Virus record (IMG/VR): IMGVR_UViG_3300039070_000050
Location: 1-51,069 of that record
Source: a virus
Taxonomy: Duplodnaviria > Caudoviricetes
DNA: 51,069 nt
Strand: one strand, 5' to 3'
A program made the position numbers and the translations under genes. Below the pieces are notes generated by a model, which was given only the letters and a program-made list of their open reading frames with translations, made no database searches and had not been told where the DNA came from. Of this stretch, positions 29,428 through 37,896 are shown one piece after another. Each line of letters starts with the position of its first letter. The first letter of the stretch is position 1.

Positions 29428-30861
29428 TTAAAATGGTCTAATTGTTATATCATCAAAATTAGGTTGAATCTTATTGATTGCTGAATCTATAAATGCTACC
29501 TGGGGTTCCTTAAATCCAAACAATTCTGATTCTTCATCGGCAATCCTATTTGTTTTAACGTCAACAATTCTGTTAACATCGCCAACCTCTCCGTCTCTAT
29601 TCTTGGCAATAATATACAATAGCTTGTTGTCCATCTGAGCTACGGGCTGATTTGATTCTTTAGCTTCAACGTATTTATAATAATCGTCTCGGTATAATAG
29701 AATAACCACAATTGCATCTTGCTCAATATTACCACTGCTTCTTAAATCGGATAACATTGGATGCTTATTTGCCCTGGATTCAACGCTCCGGGATAACTGA
29801 GATAACGCTACAATTGGGATCCCTAACTTGCGAGTAAGCTTCTGAATTTTATTCGATACGGATGATACCTGGGCGAAGTCACTTTGATCTTTGATTTGAT
29901 TGTCGCGTATTAATTGCAGATAGTCAATAACTATTAGTCCTATGCCATTCTTCCTACACTCCTTAATCAATAGTAGATTCAAATAGTTAACATCTCGATT
30001 ATCAGAATCGTAAAACGAAATAGGCAGTTGCTTAAGGACCCTAGCATTAGAATTTCTAATCTTAGTTACATCTTCTTTGCTAATACGATTTGCCTTTAAA
30101 TCAGAATACTTATAATCCTCAAATTCACTAGATATATATCTATAAACTAATGATTCTTTAGGCATCTCTAACGAAAGAAATAATACTTTAACACCCGTCT
30201 TTGATGCAGATTTCGCATGCTCTAACCCAGCAATAGTCTTACCCATACCAGGACGAGCTGCAATGATTGTTACTCCTGGTTGCCAACCCCCAAGGACGTA
30301 ATTAAGTTTACGCGAACCAGTGTCAACGCCCGAAAATTTAAGCACCCCAGCGTTGGTTTCCATTTTATCCATTACGGATTCATAGACATTGTCAAGGGAA
30401 TATATTTCAGTTGAGAGCGGACCATTTTGAATTTCCGCCAACCCTAGTTCTACTACGCTCGAAAGCTTTGTTATGTCGTCGCCATTAGCTAGACTTTGTT
30501 GAATAGAGATTGATAAGTCATTAGCAATCCTCTTAACTTCTAATTCTTTTAGCTCACCGCAAACCTTAGGTAACTCTACTTTGCCCTTAGGTAACAAACT
30601 TAGCAAATGCGATGGATCTACACCTATAGACAAATTCTTTGATTTAAGCAATCTAAAAACATCGTAACGATTGAATACCTTATTGTCAATAGATAATTCA
30701 ACCATTGCGTTAAATGATGCCTTAAACAACAAGTCTACGAAGCAGTTATCAGTTATAATCTTAGAAGCATCTTGAACCATGTGAGAATTCTCTAGTAGGT
30801 ATGCAATAACATCCTCCTCTAGGAAAAAATCTTCAATTACTATTTTTTTATTTAAAGCCAT
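29428..30861 (-). CDS. dnaB: Replicative DNA helicase (DnaB family)
   Basis: AARPGMGKT Walker A, SLEM, IDYLQL, LSQLSR, DLRSSGNIEQDA and AKNRDG motifs. Confidence 0.95.
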   Translation of the reverse strand: MALNKKIVIEDFFLEEDVIAYLLENSHMVQDASKIITDNCFVDLLFKASFNAMVELSIDNKVFNRYDVFRLLKSKNLSIGVDPSHLLSLLPKGKVELPKVCGELKELEVKRIANDLSISIQQSLANGDDITKLSSVVELGLAEIQNGPLSTEIYSLDNVYESVMDKMETNAGVLKFSGVDTGSRKLNYVLGGWQPGVTIIAARPGMGKTIAGLEHAKSASKTGVKVLFLSLEMPKESLVYRYISSEFEDYKYSDLKANRISKEDVTKIRNSNARVLKQLPISFYDSDNRDVNYLNLLLIKECRKNGIGLIVIDYLQLIRDNQIKDQSDFAQVSSVSNKIQKLTRKLGIPIVALSQLSRSVESRANKHPMLSDLRSSGNIEQDAIVVILLYRDDYYKYVEAKESNQPVAQMDNKLLYIIAKNRDGEVGDVNRIVDVKTNRIADEESELFGFKEPQVAFIDSAINKIQPNFDDITIRPF

Positions 30862-31541
30862 TTGTCTGGTATGATTAATTCAAATTGTTTTTGATCAATT
30901 GGTTCTGATTTAATATTCAGATTGGAACCTACAATCTCATCTTCCCAAACTCTATTTTTTAAGTAACGCTCAGGGTCCTTTCGATAAATTATATCGGGTC
31001 TAGCTTTGGTGTACTTCGGGATCGCCAATAGACAATCATCTTTTTCTTTTTCTTTTAGTTTAATCCAACTAAGCTTTGCTTTTTCTTTACCTACTTTCTT
31101 CCCATACAATTCCCAAAATTCCTCAAATCGATTGTTAACTATTTCTTCTTTTTTATTCTCTTTATTATTATCTCTCTTATTATGTAGTGAGTTCTCGGCA
31201 GAGGGGGGGTGAGAATTAGGCAGAGGGTGTAGTGAGTTCTCACTAGGGGTATGGTGATTTCTCGGCAGAGGGGTAGTCAACTTGATTTCCCTTATTTCAA
31301 CCTCTCCAGACTCTTTTTTCTTTAAATCCCTAGTAATAATATCCTTATCTTCTAAAGATTTTAGGTATTGCCTAACCGAACTTGCTGAAATTCCAATACA
31401 TTCAGCCATATAAGAATTACTTGCAAAGCAATGTCCCTTTTGATGGGATAAACTTTGTATTAATCCAACCAATAATTTCTCATTAGCAGACAAATCTTTT
31501 CGCACTAATATCTCCGAAGAAATCACCGCAAACCAACTCAT
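30852..31541 (-). CDS. Replication initiator protein (N-terminal winged HTH, lambda O-like organisation)
   Basis: 'ASNSYMAE.IG.S..SV...L..LE...I' HTH, an internal iteron-encoded low-complexity linker, C-terminal 'FEEFWELY.KK.GK..A...W...P..YL...WEDE'; directly upstream of dnaB. Confidence 0.85.
   Translation of the reverse strand: MSWFAVISSEILVRKDLSANEKLLVGLIQSLSHQKGHCFASNSYMAECIGISASSVRQYLKSLEDKDIITRDLKKKESGEVEIREIKLTTPLPRNHHTPSENSLHPLPNSHPPSAENSLHNKRDNNKENKKEEIVNNRFEEFWELYGKKVGKEKAKLSWIKLKEKEKDDCLLAIPKYTKARPDIIYRKDPERYLKNRVWEDEIVGSNLNIKSEPIDQKQFELIIPDKWL
31140..31267 (-). repeat. Replication origin: four iterons plus AT-rich tract inside the initiator gene
   Basis: 16-bp quasi-palindromes start at 31185, 31207, 31230 and 31252 (e.g. 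TAGTGAGTTCTCACTA), with a 22-23 bp period and an adjacent A/T-rich tract. Confidence 0.8.
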
Positions 31542-31732
31542 ATTTCTTTTAATTTATTTTCGTAAAACTGAATTTCTTTTACTAGTTCTTCTGCATTTTT
31601 TAATAAAATATCAAAGGCTTCCATTTCGGGAGTTGCAAATGATAATGCTTTTTGGTAGTCAGCCAGGTCCATTTGAGTATGAATCAGCTTAACTTTAACT
31701 ACCGCCATAAATGCCATTAATTCTAGATCCAT
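31538..31732 (-). CDS. Hypothetical protein
   Basis: 64 aa coupled to the initiator gene; TATATTTG box at 31836-31843 upstream. Confidence 0.5.
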   Translation of the reverse strand: MDLELMAFMAVVKVKLIHTQMDLADYQKALSFATPEMEAFDILLKNAEELVKEIQFYENKLKEI

Positions 31733-31744
31733 TGAAGATAAAAA

Positions 31745-31775
31745 TGCCCAAGTCCTTGAGGGAAGAAACTTGGGC
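31745..31775 (-). terminator. Stem-loop (terminator/attenuator) ahead of the replication genes
   Basis: GCCCAAGT...ACTTGGGC 8-bp inverted repeat followed by ATTTTT on the - strand. Confidence 0.45.
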
Positions 31776-31850
31776 GATAGGATTTTAGCCTATACTTTGA
31801 ATCACATCCCTCAATGCAATTCAAAATAATACTCACAAATATAACTCAAA

Positions 31851-32138
31851 TTATTTATCAAACAAATGACGTAATTTAATAATATTATTTGTTGGAACAA
31901 TAATTCTTCTCCCTTCTCCTTTCGTTGGATGAGTAAAGATTAGACTTCTCATTTCGGGAGTACAATCAATGTATTCTCCTATAAAAGTATCTGAACCATT
32001 TGCCCCAAATCTATATTCAATTTCATAAGAGCTATAGGGCTTAAGCATTTCTTTCCTAACAAGAGGATTTTCTACTGCATAAATATTAATAAGGTTTCCA
32101 TGACGAGAAATAACCGTCGACTCAATTCTTTTTTCCAT
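31851..32138 (-). CDS. Hypothetical protein
   Basis: 95-aa ORF. Confidence 0.55.
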   Translation of the reverse strand: MEKRIESTVISRHGNLINIYAVENPLVRKEMLKPYSSYEIEYRFGANGSDTFIGEYIDCTPEMRSLIFTHPTKGEGRRIIVPTNNIIKLRHLFDK

Positions 32139-32169
32139 TTTTATTTGATTTTATATTTATAAATTTTAA

Positions 32170-32397
32170 TTACTCTTCACCTTTGTACTTAACCAATCTG
32201 CCATTTTTAGTGTATGGTCTTTTAAGCATATTATCTACATAGATATCACTAGACGTTTCTATGCCAAACTCTTCATACGGCACATGCCCTTTGATATAAA
32301 CCTCTTTTTCTTTTATGGTAAGGTTAATCCATATCACCAATAAACATGTGATTAAAATGGCTATAGCAATAGCCTCTATTACAAATCTTTTTTTCAT
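32170..32397 (-). CDS. Small membrane-anchored protein
   Basis: N-terminal hydrophobic helix. Confidence 0.55.
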   Translation of the reverse strand: MKKRFVIEAIAIAILITCLLVIWINLTIKEKEVYIKGHVPYEEFGIETSSDIYVDNMLKRPYTKNGRLVKYKGEE

Positions 32398-32522
32398 TTG
32401 GTTTAATTAAATTGTTGAGAGCGGAACTACCGCGTGATTATGGGACTATTAACTTGTATACTAAATACAAAATTACATAAGACATAAACGCCCAAAAGTA
32501 ATCTGATTTAGTAGGCTTCTCT

Positions 32523-32795
32523 TTAAAACTCATCCTTGCAAATAATTTTATATTTAACATGGATTGAATCATCTTTATTTACCAGGGTGTTACCTTCCGT
32601 TACCCTATAAATGCTAATTTCTAATTCTCCTTCGTATAAGAGGTGGATATCAAACACTTCATCGTCAAACATAAATGCATGCCATTCGTCTAAATCTCCG
32701 TATTCGATTACCACTTCATGGCTTATCTTATTGATCCGCGATGATATTAACATCCTACGCGTAAAAGGATTTAATAAAATATTAAAATTTAACAT
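32523..32795 (-). CDS. Hypothetical acidic protein
   Basis: 90-aa ORF. Confidence 0.55.
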   Translation of the reverse strand: MLNFNILLNPFTRRMLISSRINKISHEVVIEYGDLDEWHAFMFDDEVFDIHLLYEGELEISIYRVTEGNTLVNKDDSIHVKYKIICKDEF

Positions 32796-33064
32796 GTCTC
32801 CTTGATGGCTAATTTGATTTCTAATTCTTTAACTTTTTCAAACAATGTATTCTCAGTGACAATTGATTTGTCTAAAAGATTTTCATACTCATACTTTAAT
32901 GAATATAATTCCAGGGCCAGGTATTGTACAAGCTCTTCGTCATTCATTGACGCGATATCTAATAATGTATTAATATCTAACTTCTCTAAGGAACAATCTT
33001 TGATTGCATTAATAATTTTTGCTCTATTCTTCATCTCTAAAATAATAAAATTCGTTTGTACCAT
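32789..33064 (-). CDS. Hypothetical protein
   Basis: 91 aa; the start may be the downstream MKNRAK. Confidence 0.5.
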   Translation of the reverse strand: MVQTNFIILEMKNRAKIINAIKDCSLEKLDINTLLDIASMNDEELVQYLALELYSLKYEYENLLDKSIVTENTLFEKVKELEIKLAIKETC

Positions 33065-33389
33065 ATTGTCTTACATGCATTTCAGCCCGCAACAATAACT
33101 TGCGTAGTTGATGTTCATCTGTAATTTGAAGACGGATAAAATCCTGGATAATCTTTACTTTCTTTTCGTGCATATCATTTCTAATGCTACATAGTAATTC
33201 CCAATACTCATTACCTTCGGGAGTTTCCTTAAACCAAAATGCTTGGGTGAGAAAATCCTTAAAGGAATCAAAATCCCTATCTAAGTATTCCCATAAATAA
33301 CTTTCAGTCTTTTGATTAAGCAAATTGTTCCTAAAAAACTCTTGCTCCTCTTCAACTAAATAATACTCAAAATATTCGCTTCCTAACAT
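33024..33389 (-). CDS. Hypothetical acidic protein
   Basis: 'AF.F.ETPEG.EYW' motif; TACCTTTG box at 33450-33457 upstream. Confidence 0.6.
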   Translation of the reverse strand: MLGSEYFEYYLVEEEQEFFRNNLLNQKTESYLWEYLDRDFDSFKDFLTQAFWFKETPEGNEYWELLCSIRNDMHEKKVKIIQDFIRLQITDEHQLRKLLLRAEMHVRQYGTNEFYYFRDEE

Positions 33390-33515
33390 TACAAAACCTG
33401 GTTAACCTATATCACCAGGAGGTGGCTAATTGTTCGATTAATTATAATTCAAAGGTAATTCTAATGCTTTAGTTAGTCTTAATTTATAGACAAACGCGAG
33501 CAATTTGTAGACGTC

Positions 33516-33914
33516 CTAGCAGAATACTACGTCGCCCATTACTATTAATTGGAGCCATACATCGCAATCGTCCGCGTCGTAATCACCACTTAAAAGTCTA
33601 TCATACATATCCCTATAATTTTCCTTCATTAGGTCCATGCCCCTAACAATATTTGCTAAGGATATTTCGCCAAGTAATGCACCGCTCGGATCTAAATCTA
33701 AATCATCGTCCTCATTAAAGTTTTCGATGTCATATATTTTGATCGAAAAGTTGGGCGTCTCAAGTAATGATTTGGCAAAGTTATCTATAGTACAAAGCTT
33801 CTTATCAAACCCGCTCCTATCGTAATCATTAATTATTAGGTACCAATAATTTGAACCGCCTTCGAGCGCGCCCGATAGCCAATATTCTAAGTCTTCTTGT
33901 TTTATTTCTATCAC
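33516..33914 (-). CDS. Highly acidic hypothetical protein
   Basis: 'ALEGGSNYW...DADDCDVWLQ....GDVVF'; GTG start. Confidence 0.65.
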   Translation of the reverse strand: MIEIKQEDLEYWLSGALEGGSNYWYLIINDYDRSGFDKKLCTIDNFAKSLLETPNFSIKIYDIENFNEDDDLDLDPSGALLGEISLANIVRGMDLMKENYRDMYDRLLSGDYDADDCDVWLQLIVMGDVVFC

Positions 33915-33957
33915 TTTATTTAATGAAGGTTTACCTAGCCCACCTACAAGGATAATG

Positions 33958-34167
33958 TTATTTGATTCTGCCTATTCTTCTAGGTATGCTTACCCCATTC
34001 CCGCTCCATGAATCAATATTTAAATTTTCGCCATATGTGTAAAGCCAATTATCAACGAAATCAGATGCATCCTTTAAGGATAAAAACATTGCAATTGTCT
34101 CAGTTGATTCATCTGCACAAGTTTTATACACTTCAAGCCAGGTGTTTTCTTGTAGGTTATTTTTCAT
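33958..34167 (-). CDS. Hypothetical protein
   Basis: 69-aa ORF. Confidence 0.5.
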   Translation of the reverse strand: MKNNLQENTWLEVYKTCADESTETIAMFLSLKDASDFVDNWLYTYGENLNIDSWSGNGVSIPRRIGRIK

Positions 34168-34169
34168 CG

Positions 34170-34532
34170 CTATAAAAGTCTAAAGGATTTAAGTTTTGAT
34201 TTTAACATCATTACATCACCAAAGTGAATTTCATAATCATATCTCATATGATCGGATCCATACCTAAAATCCATACATGCGTCAACTTCAGAATAAGTTA
34301 AGTCTATCATTTTAGGGTATGTTACTATGATTTCGACAACTTCATTTTCTCCAACGGCATACCCGTCGTAACATTTAAAATCGTATCCGCTATGCTGTTT
34401 ACCAAGTTCGGGAGCGCTAAAGTCTATGTCCGTTTCTAAAACGTAAGGCTCCTCTTTTTTTCCGTTTTCATTTGTGAAATGTGCAACCAATGACTCTACC
34501 ATTAATTGCTGTTCTTTTGTTAAATCTTTCAT
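34170..34532 (-). CDS. Hypothetical acidic protein
   Basis: 120-aa ORF, coupled. Confidence 0.55.
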   Translation of the reverse strand: MKDLTKEQQLMVESLVAHFTNENGKKEEPYVLETDIDFSAPELGKQHSGYDFKCYDGYAVGENEVVEIIVTYPKMIDLTYSEVDACMDFRYGSDHMRYDYEIHFGDVMMLKSKLKSFRLL

Positions 34533-35068
34533 TTTTGAATTCTATTTATTTGGTTGATTAATATTTTTTGGATTTCCTCTTCTAAAGACAAACATTTTAC
34601 TGCGTAATAGCTTCGTCCTTTGGCGTGTATTAAAGCATCTGACAGCGAAGTATAGATTACTATGTCATCGTCTTCAAACCTTTCGTATTCCCAGGCTTCA
34701 GGGTTGTATAAAACGTAATCGTTTTCCGTTAACTTAATCCTTTCTAGTACTTCAGGAATCTTATAATTTGCCATTAAAAAATCAAGGATTTCACCGTCAT
34801 TCATTTCGTCTTCGGGGTCTATGCTTTCAAATAATTTCCTCCACTTGTATTCGTTGGATTTGGTTTGAAGGAAGGCTAGTTCTTCTTCCTTGATTTGGAC
34901 GTATTCACCCCAGGGAATTAATATATCTAATAGGTCCTCAGGAGTTGTCGTTTCGTTATTCCAGGTTATAATATCATACCCGTCTCTAGATATTTCGGCA
35001 ACCGCGTTGATGCCCTTAGTTTTGTAAACGTTGATGGCATGCTTGCCAAATAAAAAATGCTTTTTCAT
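34529..35068 (-). CDS. Hypothetical protein
   Basis: 179-aa ORF. Confidence 0.6.
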   Translation of the reverse strand: MKKHFLFGKHAINVYKTKGINAVAEISRDGYDIITWNNETTTPEDLLDILIPWGEYVQIKEEELAFLQTKSNEYKWRKLFESIDPEDEMNDGEILDFLMANYKIPEVLERIKLTENDYVLYNPEAWEYERFEDDDIVIYTSLSDALIHAKGRSYYAVKCLSLEEEIQKILINQINRIQK

Positions 35069-35090
35069 GTTAATTTATTTTGGGTTTTAG

Positions 35091-35426
35091 TTAAAAATAT
35101 TTTTTGTTTTCTAATATGTCCAGGACTATGGCTATTTCCATAATATCTAAATCCATTAATAATATGCAGTCAGAACTACCTTCCGAATTATTGCCTAAAA
35201 TATATACGTTTTCTGCTATCTCTATTTCATTGGCTTCAAACTGCTCATATCTAATTATGTCGCTATCTTCTCCGTATGTAGGCACCAACTGAAAGCACCT
35301 AAATTCGTCGGCTTCCTTTAAGCTTAAGAGAGTCCCGCCTAGATTTTGCTCTTTGACTATGTTAAAAATCTTTGTGATGTATTCATTTCTTAAATGAGCT
35401 ACATGATTTGAATTAATGTTTTTCAT
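35091..35426 (-). CDS. Hypothetical acidic protein
   Basis: 111-aa ORF. Confidence 0.55.
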   Translation of the reverse strand: MKNINSNHVAHLRNEYITKIFNIVKEQNLGGTLLSLKEADEFRCFQLVPTYGEDSDIIRYEQFEANEIEIAENVYILGNNSEGSSDCILLMDLDIMEIAIVLDILENKKYF

Positions 35427-35428
35427 GA

Positions 35429-35707
35429 TTAGTTTTTAATATATGCTATCCAATTTTCTAATTCTATACTCATTTGATCGAAAACACTAGTTTTTGAAAG
35501 TTTTGATTTCTTGACTGCAGTCATTAGGATTTCATGCTTCTCATTAAACTTGAGTTCATTGTATCCTATTCCGTATAAACTCATGGCGACTTCTACGTCG
35601 ATAACGCTCGGCGTGTCTTCCACATAATGCCCGCGCTTCTCTAGTTCATTTAATAATTCCATGTCTGAGAAATTACTTAAATCTTTTATTTGGTTTTTCA
35701 TTTTCAA
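35429..35707 (-). CDS. Hypothetical protein
   Basis: 92 aa; 'LS.FSD.ELL.EL.KRG' motif. Confidence 0.55.
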   Translation of the reverse strand: MKMKNQIKDLSNFSDMELLNELEKRGHYVEDTPSVIDVEVAMSLYGIGYNELKFNEKHEILMTAVKKSKLSKTSVFDQMSIELENWIAYIKN

Positions 35708-35781
35708 ATTATTTAATTGATTGATTTATTTTTGCGATTGGGTTAGTATTGTTGAGAGCGGAAATTCCCCAGGATTTTAGC

Positions 35782-36129
35782 CTAGGAATTTTCTTCCGTC
35801 AAATAATTTAATTCGTTTAGGATTGGGACTAGATAGTCCTGGAACGTAGTGATTAAATCTAGGTTGCTTCCTAGTATGTCGTCCGCGTCCAGGTCCCTAG
35901 AAATCATTTGGTCCCTAGCTTCGTCAAAATCGCAGATGGCTAAATCCGTTAAATTGAAATAGATTTCTCCTAGCTTCCAGGTAGTAACTTCGTCCGTTTC
36001 CTCGTTCGTTTCCTGGTAGTTCTCGTAGCTTGTCACCTGGACTAGGTCCTGGACTAGCTTCCTTAATCTTTGTTCCCTAGCTTCAAATTCTACTAGTTTA
36101 CTTTGCAAAATTTCTATTTCGTTTTTCAT
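35782..36129 (-). CDS. Highly acidic hypothetical protein
   Basis: 115 aa, D/E-rich. Confidence 0.6.
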   Translation of the reverse strand: MKNEIEILQSKLVEFEAREQRLRKLVQDLVQVTSYENYQETNEETDEVTTWKLGEIYFNLTDLAICDFDEARDQMISRDLDADDILGSNLDLITTFQDYLVPILNELNYLTEENS

Positions 36130-36185
36130 ATTTGGTTTATTTATGGTCCAGGAAGTTTAGCCCCTGGACCTGGTTAATTGATTAA

Positions 36186-36932
36186 TTAAATTACTACAAA
36201 TCCACTCGTTTTATCTTTGCGCGCTTTCCCTTTAGCCTTTAAGCCTATAATCGTTCCAGGTTCAGCAGTTAGCATAATGTCGTCGGCTAGGTCCCCGTCG
36301 ATAACCTTAGCCCCTAAATAAATACTAGGCATTGGCTTTTTGTCGTCAAATACTACGGAAACGGGAGCGCCCAGGTTTAGCGCTTCTATGCACTCCAATT
36401 CGTTTGTCTCACTACGCGAAAAAGTTAATTTATACCTGGTCCCCGCATATTTTTTTACCTTCCCTAAAATCTTTGTATAATCATAAAATTCAAGTCCAGG
36501 AAACGCGTCCAGGATATCAATATTAAAACGGTTTTTAAGGATAGCAATAAAATCCAGGTCCGACGTTCCATTTAACCGAACTGCAATTTGTTTTCCTTCT
36601 CTTAAAGCTTTTTTGTTAAGCTTCGTTAATTCATTTAATAGCATGTTTAAAAAGTAATTTCTATGCTGAATATAAAGCTCAGTCCGTCGCGTCCTTCCTT
36701 CTTGGACGGGTGCCATTACACCGCGCCCGGTAGTATAAATACAAACTTGAATACAACTATCTGAAGCCCCGGCACAAAGATTAATTTGAAGGCTGTTTTG
36801 CTTCCAGGGGTTAAGGTATAAAATATGCGACTCTAAAAAGTTTTTAATCAGTTTCGCGTTCGTGTCTCCTTTGCTCAAAAGATTATTTGAAATTTGTAAT
36901 TCGTTTCCGTTTGGTGCTATGATAGTTTTCAT
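36186..36932 (-). CDS. GP88-like protein (Cys-cluster protein)
   Basis: 'NLCAGASDSCIQVC..GRG', 'RLNGTSD', 'FYDYTK', 'Y.LTFS.SE.N', 'DGD..D' and 'GLKAKG' motifs. Confidence 0.7.
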   Translation of the reverse strand: MKTIIAPNGNELQISNNLLSKGDTNAKLIKNFLESHILYLNPWKQNSLQINLCAGASDSCIQVCIYTTGRGVMAPVQEGRTRRTELYIQHRNYFLNMLLNELTKLNKKALREGKQIAVRLNGTSDLDFIAILKNRFNIDILDAFPGLEFYDYTKILGKVKKYAGTRYKLTFSRSETNELECIEALNLGAPVSVVFDDKKPMPSIYLGAKVIDGDLADDIMLTAEPGTIIGLKAKGKARKDKTSGFVVI

Positions 36933-36960
36933 TTGATTTTTTTTGTTTAAAATGATTGGA

Positions 36961-37155
36961 TTAATAATTAAATTCTATTTTGTCAAGTTTTAAATTAAAT
37001 TCATGCTCCAGGTCCGTTATAGTCCTAGATGTCCAGGTAAACGGCTCCAGGTTTTTGGCTTTACGTTCAGCTCCCCGCATGGATTTAGCTTTAATTATTG
37101 TCGTAAAAATTACGTTTGAATAAATTCCGTTAAATGTAAGTCTATAATTTTTCAT
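36961..37155 (-). CDS. Hypothetical protein
   Basis: 64-aa ORF with an A-rich leader. Confidence 0.5.
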   Translation of the reverse strand: MKNYRLTFNGIYSNVIFTTIIKAKSMRGAERKAKNLEPFTWTSRTITDLEHEFNLKLDKIEFNY

Positions 37156-37249
37156 TTTTTTTGGGTTTTATCCTGGTGATTGTTCCAGGCAAATAGATAG
37201 ATAAATGATAAGTAAAAAGACGCTAAAAATATTATTAATGCTTCCATAG

Positions 37250-37528
37250 TTACCAGGTTAAACGCTCTAAATTATAACCGAATTGCTCCGCTAAAATTTC
37301 CAGGACGTAAAGACGTCGTTTTATTGTCTCTTCACTAGGGAAATAAACCTCGCCTAGGAACATTTTGCGCTCACTACTTTGACGCTCAAAGCATGTATAT
37401 TTTGAATAATTATAAGCTAGTGCACTTCTTAGCTCTCTTAAGTTTTCCGCTTCGTCCAGGATAAATTTATAAGGGCTAAATTTTACTTCTTTTAATTCCT
37501 GGAAGATTTGATTTTTGGGCTTTTTCAT
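37250..37528 (-). CDS. Hypothetical protein
   Basis: 92-aa ORF. Confidence 0.55.
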   Translation of the reverse strand: MKKPKNQIFQELKEVKFSPYKFILDEAENLRELRSALAYNYSKYTCFERQSSERKMFLGEVYFPSEETIKRRLYVLEILAEQFGYNLERLTW

Positions 37529-37555
37529 GTTTTTAGATTTTTAAGGATTAAAGAA

Positions 37556-37744
37556 TTATTTACGATTGATTAATAAACTCCCCGAAAGTATAAAGGATAG
37601 TAAAACGGGAAAAGAAAAAACGAGGATAGCTATTAAATTTTCGCTGTCGTATTTTCTAGTTAGTAATAAATAAAATATTTGTCCTAAGGCTAAAAATGAT
37701 AGGATAAATAAAATTGATTGAAATAATGTTTGGACCTTTTTCAT
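37556..37744 (-). CDS. Small two-TM membrane protein; first gene of the leftward arm
   Basis: Likely start MKKVQ at 37744 (track gives 37858); two hydrophobic helices. Confidence 0.5.
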   Translation of the reverse strand: MKKVQTLFQSILFILSFLALGQIFYLLLTRKYDSENLIAILVFSFPVLLSFILSGSLLINRK

Positions 37745-37896
37745 AATTAATATATTTTTTTGTTTAAATGATGTCCCGAAACAATACAAAAACGGTTTTA
37801 TATCAAAAATAAACGCGACGAAACAGCCAAATTTGTAGACGAAAAAATGATAGTACAATGAATTATTAAAAAAGTTATATGATTTTACGCGTTTTA

